Shown here piece by piece: positions 19,206 through 27,166 of a DNA stretch of 64,000 bases. Location: assembly GCA_031400935.1 (NCBI GenBank), contig JANNQV010000028.1, forward strand, positions 124,001 to 188,000. The letters run 5' to 3'. The stretch comes from Armatimonadota bacterium (GTDB taxonomy: Bacteria > Armatimonadota > Fimbriimonadia > Fimbriimonadales > Fimbriimonadaceae). Both the position numbers and the translations under genes were made by a program. Each line of letters opens with the position of its first letter. Positions within the stretch are counted from its first letter, which is position 1. The notes beneath the pieces were generated by a model. That model had not been told where the DNA came from and did no database searches. It saw nothing but the letters and a program-made list of their open reading frames with translations.

Positions 19206-19670
19206 ATGCTGCCCATTCTAGCAATTCTCATTGTCGGCCAAAAGGAACCGCTCTATTTTCCTCCATCAAGGAACCTTGAGCCAACAGTTCGACCCTATGT
19301 TGAAATACCGCTGTTCAAGGCGATGAAGTGCATAACGGTAAACGAATACAAAAGCACCGATAAACCCACAAAGATAACGACAATATCTCGGGTATATCGT
19401 TTCACTTACAAAGCAAGATACTCGGAAGAAGATAAGAGATGGAGGAGCATTTTCCCTAAGAAAGATGGTTGGTCAATAGATGCTACTGAACCCAAATTTG
19501 TTGTTTTCGAAAAGCCAGTAAAGCACCCAAAAATAAGATGGCAAGCCCTGATTTTGCATAGTGGACGAATCGTCTTCGACCCTGCTGCTAGGGCGCAAAC
19601 GAAGGTTATCCGTGATCCCGAATGGGTTTGGATTTCATTTAATGAAGTCTTGACTCGAAAGAATTGGTAA
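19206..19670 (+). CDS. Hypothetical secreted protein
   Basis: 154 aa; short hydrophobic N-terminus; TATACT 9 nt upstream. Confidence 0.7.
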   Translation: MLPILAILIVGQKEPLYFPPSRNLEPTVRPYVEIPLFKAMKCITVNEYKSTDKPTKITTISRVYRFTYKARYSEEDKRWRSIFPKKDGWSIDATEPKFVVFEKPVKHPKIRWQALILHSGRIVFDPAARAQTKVIRDPEWVWISFNEVLTRKNW

Positions 19671-19734
19671 TCGTTTCGCAATGATCCCTCGACTTTCGTG
19701 TGCTGTATTGGTAATGGGATGCCCTTGAGGCACC

Positions 19735-21069
19735 TTAGTTCGTCTCAGGCTGGACTACCGTCTCCACAGGCAGTGGAGGCGGAACAGCCTTCCTTGAAGG
19801 CTCCTGCTCACTTGATTTGCCCCCCAAGCTCGAAAGCTTCTCTACCAAATCCACGCCAAAAATCTGTTTCATCTGCTCGTTAGCTACTAAAGCCTTTACT
19901 GCAAAAGATTGATCCCCGCCGCCGCCTGATAGGCTTTGGCCAATGACCGTCACCTTGTCAATCCTGGTTTCGGCGATGATGCCCGTCATGGCTTCGACAA
20001 TCGCTGGAAGCTTTTGCATGACAAGCAGTTGCTTTCCATTTTCACCGGAAGCCTTCAAAGTCTTTGCGACCAGAGTCAAGGCTTCGGCACGTGCGCGTCC
20101 TTCTTCGACAACCGTTGCCACATCTGCCATCGCTTTTTGCTCGGATGCTTCTGCAGCGGCTTTGGCGGGCTGGATGACGTCGGCTTCCAGCTTGCGACGA
20201 ACCAATTCGATTCGCGCCTTTTGCACTTCAACTTCTGCACTTGTTTTGGCGACGCCTGCGTTTACGATTGCAAGCTCTTCTGCGATGAGCGCATCTCGGC
20301 GGGACATGATTTCTCGAAGCTTCCTTTCGGCGTCGGCATTGGTATAGGCGATTTGCCCGTCTACTTGAGCTTTGGTCTCTCGCTCCAGGTTTTCAGCCGA
20401 CCGAATGACCGATTCTGCTTTTGCCATTGCTTCCGCAATTCTAGCGTTTGAAATAACTTCAGCGCTTTTCTTGCGGCCAATCGAATCCAGATATTTAACG
20501 TCGTCTTGTACGTTTTGAATCTTGAGCGTGTCTACAACTAGTCCGAGCGCGGTCATGTCCGCTTCCACTTCTTGGACTAGCCTTTCAGCAAATAGAATCT
20601 TGTCTTCGTTAACTTCTTCTGGCGTCATCGTGGCTAGAACTCCACGAAGGGAGCCTTCGAGAGTGGCCTTTGCAATCGCCGCGATTTCGGCACGGGTTTT
20701 GCCCAAGAAGCGTTCAATCGAATTGTTGAGCAACGGCTCGTGACCAGCGACTTTGATGTTGGCGACGCCTTGAACATTTAGAGGAATTCCGCCTTTTCCA
20801 TAAGCTCCCGCTGCGGTCAAATCAATGACCATATTCGAGAGGTCCATCTTGTCAACGGTCGTGATTAGAGGAAGCCGAAAACCGCGCCCGCCCTTTACAA
20901 TCTTGTAGCCGAGGCGTCTGCCGCCTGCGAAACGGGATGGGCCGGAAAAAATGAGAACTTCATTCGGCGAACTCACGTAAATGAAATTTTTGAGGCTGAT
21001 GACAAAAACCAGAAGCGAAAAACCGATTACTCCGCCGATGACAATGATGCTACCCAGGATTCCTTCCAT
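19735..21069 (-). CDS. Flotillin/SPFH domain protein
   Basis: PNEVLIFSG, VANIKV, TLEGSLRGVLATMTPEEVNED, Ala/Glu-rich coiled coil. Confidence 0.92.
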   Translation of the reverse strand: MEGILGSIIVIGGVIGFSLLVFVISLKNFIYVSSPNEVLIFSGPSRFAGGRRLGYKIVKGGRGFRLPLITTVDKMDLSNMVIDLTAAGAYGKGGIPLNVQGVANIKVAGHEPLLNNSIERFLGKTRAEIAAIAKATLEGSLRGVLATMTPEEVNEDKILFAERLVQEVEADMTALGLVVDTLKIQNVQDDVKYLDSIGRKKSAEVISNARIAEAMAKAESVIRSAENLERETKAQVDGQIAYTNADAERKLREIMSRRDALIAEELAIVNAGVAKTSAEVEVQKARIELVRRKLEADVIQPAKAAAEASEQKAMADVATVVEEGRARAEALTLVAKTLKASGENGKQLLVMQKLPAIVEAMTGIIAETRIDKVTVIGQSLSGGGGDQSFAVKALVANEQMKQIFGVDLVEKLSSLGGKSSEQEPSRKAVPPPLPVETVVQPETN

Positions 21070-22439
21070 TACGATTTGCCTCCAGATTTCTTGGCGGTTG
21101 GCGCCGGAGTTTCAGACGCCGACTCGACTGCAATTGAGATCGTTTTGGGAATATCTATCCCGGTGGTGTCCGCTACAGATTTGAAGATTGTGCTCAACAT
21201 TGCCGGATATGCTGAAAGCACGGCGGGCAGAGTTGATCCGTCTCCCGAATCAATCAGGTTCACATTGCTGATCTTGACCTTATCAACACCCAGCGAAGCG
21301 GCGGCGAGGAGCTTTTCAATGTCGTCCAGAAGATAAATGCTCAGGGCATCGGTTCCTGCTTCTTCCCAGGCTTTGCTTAGCAGTTCCGTGGCCTGGCTGA
21401 CAGCCATACCCCTTGCACGAAACACTGCTGCATCGCCTTTGGCTTGAAATTCCCTTGCAATTCGGTCGGCTTCTGCTGGAAGGATGGTATCCACTTGCAG
21501 CCGAATTCCTTCAAGTTCGGCTCTTAGTTTCTGCAATTCTTGTTCTGCAACGGCTCTAGCTTGCCGGGCAGCGGCAAGGGTTCGCTCTTCTTCAGATTTG
21601 ATTTTTGAATCGAGGTCCGCTTGAATTCGTCGCAAGTCGTTTTTCATCTGCGCTATGTTTGCGTCCACTTGCGCTTTCACAACATTGCTTCTTGCTGTTG
21701 ATTCTGCTTCGACTAATTCAGCGGCACGCTTTGCGTCGGACTCGGACATTTCGGCGTTCTTGACGACGTTGGCAATGGCTTCTCGCCCTATTGAATCCAG
21801 ATAGTGAGTGTCATCCGAAACATGAAGGATTTTGAAAGTGTCTAGGTGTATGCCAAGTTTGTTTAGGTCGAGCTCAGATTCTCGGCTTAGCTCGTCCGCG
21901 AATTTCAACCGGTCTTCATTCACTTCTTCTGGAGTCAATCGAGCCAAGACACCTCGAAGATGGCCTTCTAAAGTTTCCTTTGCCACTCTTTTGATTTCGT
22001 TTGGGTCGCGTCCGACGAATCGCTCCACCGCGTTTCCGATTAGCCTTTCATCGTTCGTAATTTTCACGTTTGCGATGGCTTCTATCGAGAGCGGGATTCC
22101 GCCTTGAGAATACGCATTTCGAATGGTGATTGGCACTTCGTTAGTTGCAAGAGACATTCGCTGAACTGTGTGTATGATGGGAATTCGCCAGCCACGGCCG
22201 CCGAAAAGCGCGAAAAATCCTCTAGTCGAACCATCAGCCATTCTGCTCTTCCGTCCATTGAATATGAGCACTTCATTTGGCGGACAAATAAAGAGCATGC
22301 TCCGAATGATCGCCATAACTACAAAGAAGGCGACGAGGACAAATAAAGCAGTTAGGACGCCTTGTTTGATCGCTGCTTCAGTTGCAGGCTGGATAAGCGA
22401 ATTTGGATCGGCTTGCAATAGGAATTGAAATGTTTTCAT
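21069..22439 (-). CDS. Flotillin/SPFH domain protein (paralog)
   Basis: PNEVLIFNG, IANVKI, TLEGHLRGVLARLTPEEVNED. Confidence 0.92.
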   Translation of the reverse strand: MKTFQFLLQADPNSLIQPATEAAIKQGVLTALFVLVAFFVVMAIIRSMLFICPPNEVLIFNGRKSRMADGSTRGFFALFGGRGWRIPIIHTVQRMSLATNEVPITIRNAYSQGGIPLSIEAIANVKITNDERLIGNAVERFVGRDPNEIKRVAKETLEGHLRGVLARLTPEEVNEDRLKFADELSRESELDLNKLGIHLDTFKILHVSDDTHYLDSIGREAIANVVKNAEMSESDAKRAAELVEAESTARSNVVKAQVDANIAQMKNDLRRIQADLDSKIKSEEERTLAAARQARAVAEQELQKLRAELEGIRLQVDTILPAEADRIAREFQAKGDAAVFRARGMAVSQATELLSKAWEEAGTDALSIYLLDDIEKLLAAASLGVDKVKISNVNLIDSGDGSTLPAVLSAYPAMLSTIFKSVADTTGIDIPKTISIAVESASETPAPTAKKSGGKS

Positions 22440-23017
22440 GCGTTTAAGCTCTCTGGGCTTCCGAATGCGGATTCTCGGCTGACCACTTTCACGCGGTCGC
22501 CGTCAAGGTCAACAATGACAACAAAATCTCCAGCTTCGATGGATTTTGGCTCGACACATGAAGCCAGGAGGTCTAAAACATCTCCCTTAACTGTCACTCT
22601 GATTCGGCCCAACTGCCCATCGCGAATGGCAACCATGACTTGGCCTTCTAGTCCTACAATGTCGTTTTCTGTCACTGTGCTGGTGTGCTCTGTTCGGCTC
22701 AAGGAACGAATCGTATAAGAAACAGCTAGGCCCAGAATCAATGCTGTAGCACTTGCGAGAATCACAACAGTTGGCTCCGTTTGCTTGACAAGAGTTGAAA
22801 GCAATAAGCCGCTGAGGCCAAACGCCATCGCGAAATATGTCCAAAATCGAACTGAGAAGAACGGAATCCAGACATCGGCGTGGCCCGCGTCATGATCGTG
22901 ACCGATTTCGTGCCCATCGCCGCCAAACGTGTGTTCGTGCCCGCTGTCGCCGGCAAAAGCTCCTATTAGGGCGAGAATTCCCCCGATTGCGGCCGCGGCG
23001 ATATATATACTGAGCAT
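22436..23017 (-). CDS. NfeD/YqiJ-like membrane protein with C-terminal OB fold
   Basis: TM helices, His-rich loop, VGLEGQV...GRIRV; overlaps the flotillin start. Confidence 0.85.
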   Translation of the reverse strand: MLSIYIAAAAIGGILALIGAFAGDSGHEHTFGGDGHEIGHDHDAGHADVWIPFFSVRFWTYFAMAFGLSGLLLSTLVKQTEPTVVILASATALILGLAVSYTIRSLSRTEHTSTVTENDIVGLEGQVMVAIRDGQLGRIRVTVKGDVLDLLASCVEPKSIEAGDFVVIVDLDGDRVKVVSRESAFGSPESLNA

Positions 23018-23052
23018 CGAATTTGTCCGAGATTTCGGAACTTACAATGAAT

Positions 23053-23079
23053 TACGTAAGTTCTTGCATTCGGGTTTCG
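23053..23079 (-). promoter_or_regulatory. Putative ECF-sigma promoter of the nfeD-flotillin operon
   Basis: CGAAAC-N17-CGTA on the minus strand, resembling SigW-type TGAAAC...CGTA. Confidence 0.55.
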
Positions 23080-23114
23080 ACGTGACGGCAGACAAATCCT
23101 TTACCAATAGTGAT

Positions 23115-23597
23115 TTAAGGAAGAAATCCGTTGCGATGCCGCGAAACCACTTCAAAGGAGTGCTCAAAAACCTGATGGGTAAGGTCATTCCAATTGTGAT
23201 AGATGTCCGGAAGCTGCTCCAAAGTCACAAAATCAACACCAAGCGACTCCGTCTTGAATTCGATTTCCCTCATTTCTCGAACTCCAGAGACGTAGCAATC
23301 TGCCCATCGAACCTCACGGCGTTCTGAAATTTGGTAGCAGCCGATGTATTGAACGTGGTCAAGAACGGCTCCACCCTCTTCCCTTGCTTCGCGACAAACC
23401 GTTTCAAGAGATTCTTCCATCGGTTCAACTCTGCCGCTTGGAATGCACCAACCTCGGTCAGCGATGTTGCAAATTAGAACTTTGTCGTCAACCCATGGGA
23501 ATACGAGAGCTGCAAATGCGCGAAGCGGCGCCCGAAAGGGCGCCGGAAAAAACTGCATGGTTTGCCGGCCGTATCGGCCTGATGGAAATTTTTTCAC
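23115..23597 (-). CDS. NUDIX hydrolase
   Basis: Nudix box GRVEPMEESLETVCREAREEGG. Confidence 0.9.
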   Translation of the reverse strand: MKKFPSGRYGRQTMQFFPAPFRAPLRAFAALVFPWVDDKVLICNIADRGWCIPSGRVEPMEESLETVCREAREEGGAVLDHVQYIGCYQISERREVRWADCYVSGVREMREIEFKTESLGVDFVTLEQLPDIYHNWNDLTHQVFEHSFEVVSRHRNGFLP

Positions 23598-24037
23598 CTG
23601 TTAGCAATCACTTTGCCCAATATCTGTCCCCTTTCGATTGGGCCTATCTTGCGGCTGTCTTCGGAAATTTCCCGATTGTCTCCAATGACGTAGTATTTAC
23701 CTGGTGGCACTACATAATCGCCACTTGATATATTCCATTCTTCAGGCGTGTTGAAAAAATCAATGGTGTCGCCAGGCAAGCCATATACCCGCTTGATCAC
23801 TTCTTCACCGGTTGGATTGCGAAAAACGATGACATCTTTTTGCCGAATGGCACCGACAAGCCAGTAAGCCTTGCTCACTAACAGCCGCTCTTTGTCAGTG
23901 TATGTAGGTTCCATCGAATTGCCAGTGACAACGACAGTTTTGAAGTTGAAAAACATAAATACGGTTATTGCGAGCACTCCCAATAACGTAAGTCCGAACC
24001 CTGTAATTTTTGCCCGCCGCTTTTGAACTTCTGCCAT
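23594..24037 (-). CDS. lepB: Signal peptidase I (short form)
   Basis: GNSMEPT (Ser), IKRV (Lys), GDNREISEDSR. Confidence 0.92.
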   Translation of the reverse strand: MAEVQKRRAKITGFGLTLLGVLAITVFMFFNFKTVVVTGNSMEPTYTDKERLLVSKAYWLVGAIRQKDVIVFRNPTGEEVIKRVYGLPGDTIDFFNTPEEWNISSGDYVVPPGKYYVIGDNREISEDSRKIGPIERGQILGKVIANR

Positions 24038-24103
24038 CTTAGTATTCTATAGCTTATCTGAAACGAAATCCTTCGTGGCTGTCCGCTATACTTATGGAAG
24101 CGT

Positions 24104-24643
24104 TTGACGCTTCAAAGGCTCATGAGTGGATTTCTTCTATTGCTGTCTGAAAATATTTCGTGGATCGTTATTGTGCTCAGCCTTTTTGTTGTTGGGCTTA
24201 CTCTAGCGTTATTTCGATTATCGGCACTAGTTCGAAAAAATCAGGATATTTGGAACGATTTGCTTGGCGAAACGACGACTGGGAACCTCGAATTGATTCT
24301 CAGAGACCATTTGCGCGAACGATTGGCGTTACAGTCAAATCTTGAAGATGCCAAAAAGCAAATTGCAAACCTTGAAGAAAGGATGGCAACAGCAAAACGC
24401 CATGTCGGCCTTGTTCGATACGATGCCTACCCAGATGTAGGCGGATCGCAAAGCTTTGCCCTCGCCGTTTACGACGACCATGGCAATGGAGCTATCGTGA
24501 ACGGCCTTGTGGGTCGTTTGGATTGCAGAGTGTACTGTAAGCCGCTTGTGGCTGGAAAATCTGACCGGAGTTTATCCATTGAAGAAACCCGGGCAATTGA
24601 AGATGCTGTTTCACGCGAGCCAAGGGCGGTACTTACTTCATGA
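24104..24643 (+). CDS. DUF4446 family protein
   Basis: VGLVRYDAY.DVGG.QSFALA..D...G, YCKP, LS.EE..AI. Confidence 0.85.
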   Translation: MTLQRLMSGFLLLLSENISWIVIVLSLFVVGLTLALFRLSALVRKNQDIWNDLLGETTTGNLELILRDHLRERLALQSNLEDAKKQIANLEERMATAKRHVGLVRYDAYPDVGGSQSFALAVYDDHGNGAIVNGLVGRLDCRVYCKPLVAGKSDRSLSIEETRAIEDAVSREPRAVLTS

Positions 24644-25233
24644 GCCAGCAAGCTGAAGACTTGGTTTTGATCGAACGAGCCCAAAAGGGGGATCGAACTG
24701 CGTTCGATGATTTGATTCGCCGCCACGAACGAAGGGCGTACCAATATGCATATCGTTTAACTTCGAATCAAGAAGAAGCATGCGATGTCGTTTCCGATGC
24801 ATTTATCCGTGTTTATTCTGCGATCCAAAATTTCAAAGGAAACAGTGCTTTTTCAACATGGCTTTATCGAATCATAACGAACTGTTTCTTAGACCTTCGA
24901 AAGAAAGAAAAGAACAAGTCGCATTTGAGCCTTGACCAGACCATTTCTGGAGTAGATGGTGAGATGGAACGTCAGATAGAAGATGATCGCCCTGGACCTG
25001 ACGGCGAAGCTGAGCGGAACCAGAGAGAGCGATCCATGGAATCAGCGGTATCCAAATTGCCAGAGTATCAGCGTGCGATGATAGTTATGTATCATGGCGA
25101 AGGGCTTGCGTACGAAGAAATTGCGGAGGCTTTAGACCTACCAATTGGTACCGTAAAAAGCCGATTAAACCGTGCTCGCCTGCAAATTCGCGAGCATTTA
25201 GTAAAAGATTCGGAACTCTTTAACATAACCTGA
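24640..25233 (+). CDS. ECF RNA polymerase sigma factor (SigW/RpoE-like)
   Basis: FSTWLYRIITN, YEEIAEALDLPIGTVKSRLNRAR. Confidence 0.95.
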   Translation: MSQQAEDLVLIERAQKGDRTAFDDLIRRHERRAYQYAYRLTSNQEEACDVVSDAFIRVYSAIQNFKGNSAFSTWLYRIITNCFLDLRKKEKNKSHLSLDQTISGVDGEMERQIEDDRPGPDGEAERNQRERSMESAVSKLPEYQRAMIVMYHGEGLAYEEIAEALDLPIGTVKSRLNRARLQIREHLVKDSELFNIT

Positions 25234-25250
25234 AGTCAAACGGGATAGAT

Positions 25251-26126
25251 ATGAATGCGAAAAAAGCTCAAGAATATTTCTCTCTGCACTTTGAAGGAGA
25301 ACTGACAGGTGGTCTGCTCGATCAATTTGAGCGAGCACTGAAGACGGATGCACAGGTCCAGGCAGAGTATCGCGCGTTTGTCCAGACTATGAATACGCTC
25401 GAAGATTTGAAGGCGCCAATTGCCGAACCAAATTTTGACCTGCACGAAGTCATCTCGCAGCGGATGGACAAGCATCTGTACGATTTGGATCGAATGCCAG
25501 CGAATCAATTCTGGACGTCTTGGCGAAAGCTAGCAGTCGGCGGAATTGCTGTTCTTGCAGTCGTAGGCGCATTTGCCTCTATTTGGAGTCGTGGAAAGTC
25601 AAACCAGGCAAACCCAATTCCATCAATTGGCGGACCAAAGATCGAGAAGCGAATGAAAACGAGTTTTGACATGACCCGAATGGAGTTGATGCTAGCTGAC
25701 AATGTTTGGACCTTGAACTATAAATCCACTGAGCAAGAAACAATTACGATAAGCTCAATTGGTTCTCCTGAAAAGGAAGTCAATCTAGAACAAAACGATA
25801 CTCTGGAATCTCCTTTGAGGAATTCTGGAACCGATTCAATCTTGGTTGAAGTTCATTCGAATCGAGTTCAAAACCCCATGTTCATTGCTTTGCCTAGCGA
25901 ATCCGCTGGCCGAATGAGAAATGACGGGAACGGTACGTTAGGCGAGTTTGCAACTTCGCTCTCAGTAGCATTTGGAAAGCCTGTCGTCGCCATTGCAAAA
26001 GAGGGCGAAGCAAAGTTTTCGTGGATGCTAGCCGAAATTACGGATGTGGCTAGTATTGCCGAAATTGTAAAGGCGTTCGGTTACAGTGTCGAACAAAAGG
26101 AAAACGGCGTAATTTGGATTCTCTAG
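25251..26126 (+). CDS. Putative transmembrane anti-sigma factor
   Basis: Directly after the ECF gene; ASD-like N-terminus, one TM segment, extracytoplasmic domain. Confidence 0.75.
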   Translation: MNAKKAQEYFSLHFEGELTGGLLDQFERALKTDAQVQAEYRAFVQTMNTLEDLKAPIAEPNFDLHEVISQRMDKHLYDLDRMPANQFWTSWRKLAVGGIAVLAVVGAFASIWSRGKSNQANPIPSIGGPKIEKRMKTSFDMTRMELMLADNVWTLNYKSTEQETITISSIGSPEKEVNLEQNDTLESPLRNSGTDSILVEVHSNRVQNPMFIALPSESAGRMRNDGNGTLGEFATSLSVAFGKPVVAIAKEGEAKFSWMLAEITDVASIAEIVKAFGYSVEQKENGVIWIL

Positions 26127-27007
26127 TTCGATTTTTGAATCTTTCTTAATCTTGCCGCAATTGATTTAGAAACTTCCGCTCGAAACACTCTTTCGTTTTC
26201 TAGTGAATTGATAGAGTAGCTAACGGTGTTTACATGACCCGCAAGATTCAGGTTGAGTGCAGCCATAGCGCTGTTTCTTGCACGACTCAAGTCCCCTTTC
26301 CCTAGCAAACGGCTCGTCTTAGACAGCGGGTCTAGAATTGGTGAGCGATTTTCATCCCATCGTTCTCCGTCGCGAACATAATGCAGGTCAGCAAGTTTTA
26401 TTGAGCGAGTGAGCTTTTCTCTGTCTATTTCAATTGAATCCACCAGTTTCTGAATTTCCAAAAGATGCGTTTCATCACATTGCATTGCGACTTCCGAAAG
26501 AATTCGGAGCAAACTTCGCTCCCTCATTGCAAAGTATCCGACCGAATCCACATCGGTATCCTTCATAGATTGGGAAAGGCCGACTGCGAGGGTGAGATCG
26601 TCAATTGCACGACTCGTATTCGTTTTAAATTCAAAAGAAGCATTTGAACTAAGAGTGGCAATGAGCACGTCGAGATTGGTTCGGATCTGCCCCTTGATTC
26701 CATCACGAGACGAATCCAGGATGTTTGTCATTTGGAAGCTTTCTAATTTGCCTGTTTTTCTTCCGTCTAGCCATCGCTGACCGATTGATCGGGCACTTTC
26801 TGCTACTTTATCCTGATCTCGATCGTGACGTAGCTGCTGAATTTCTGAAACTAGCGGGCTGTACGACAGAAGCTGCGCATGGGTTTTGGGAGCATAGTTG
26901 TAGACATCAAAACTAGGAACCGTAACTCTTGCATCAATCGCAAGAGCCAATAGCATCAAAATCGGGCTTGCGATCATGAAATCGTAAAGCAGTCTTCGCC
27001 CCAACAT
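26123..27007 (-). CDS. Hypothetical protein with N-terminal TM/signal
   Basis: 294-aa ORF; no family recognised. Confidence 0.7.
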   Translation of the reverse strand: MLGRRLLYDFMIASPILMLLALAIDARVTVPSFDVYNYAPKTHAQLLSYSPLVSEIQQLRHDRDQDKVAESARSIGQRWLDGRKTGKLESFQMTNILDSSRDGIKGQIRTNLDVLIATLSSNASFEFKTNTSRAIDDLTLAVGLSQSMKDTDVDSVGYFAMRERSLLRILSEVAMQCDETHLLEIQKLVDSIEIDREKLTRSIKLADLHYVRDGERWDENRSPILDPLSKTSRLLGKGDLSRARNSAMAALNLNLAGHVNTVSYSINSLENERVFRAEVSKSIAARLRKIQKSN

Positions 27008-27056
27008 AGGTTCGATTGTTGGAACTTGATGGCAGAATCATCACCACAAAATTGAC

Positions 27057-27143
27057 AGGGTTCACCAAATGAGTCTGTTCCTGTTAGTTTGGGCTGGCTC
27101 TGCCTATGTCTCTAAACCTATCTTGTCAAATTCGGTGAACCCT
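27057..27143. repeat. MITE/REP-like element with terminal inverted repeats
   Basis: agggttcacc (27057-27066) / ggtgaaccct (27134-27143), extending imperfectly. Confidence 0.5.
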
Positions 27144-27166
27144 AATCAAACCGGACAAACAATCAA

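Noticed and set aside
16106..19670. tRNA-Leu as an integration site
   Set aside because: No integrase, and no repeat of the tRNA 3' end noticed downstream.
24059..24083. Autoregulatory ECF promoter TGAAAC-N16-GTC
   Set aside because: Spacing differs from the other two ECF-like motifs, and a TATACT housekeeping -10 box lies immediately downstream; unresolved.
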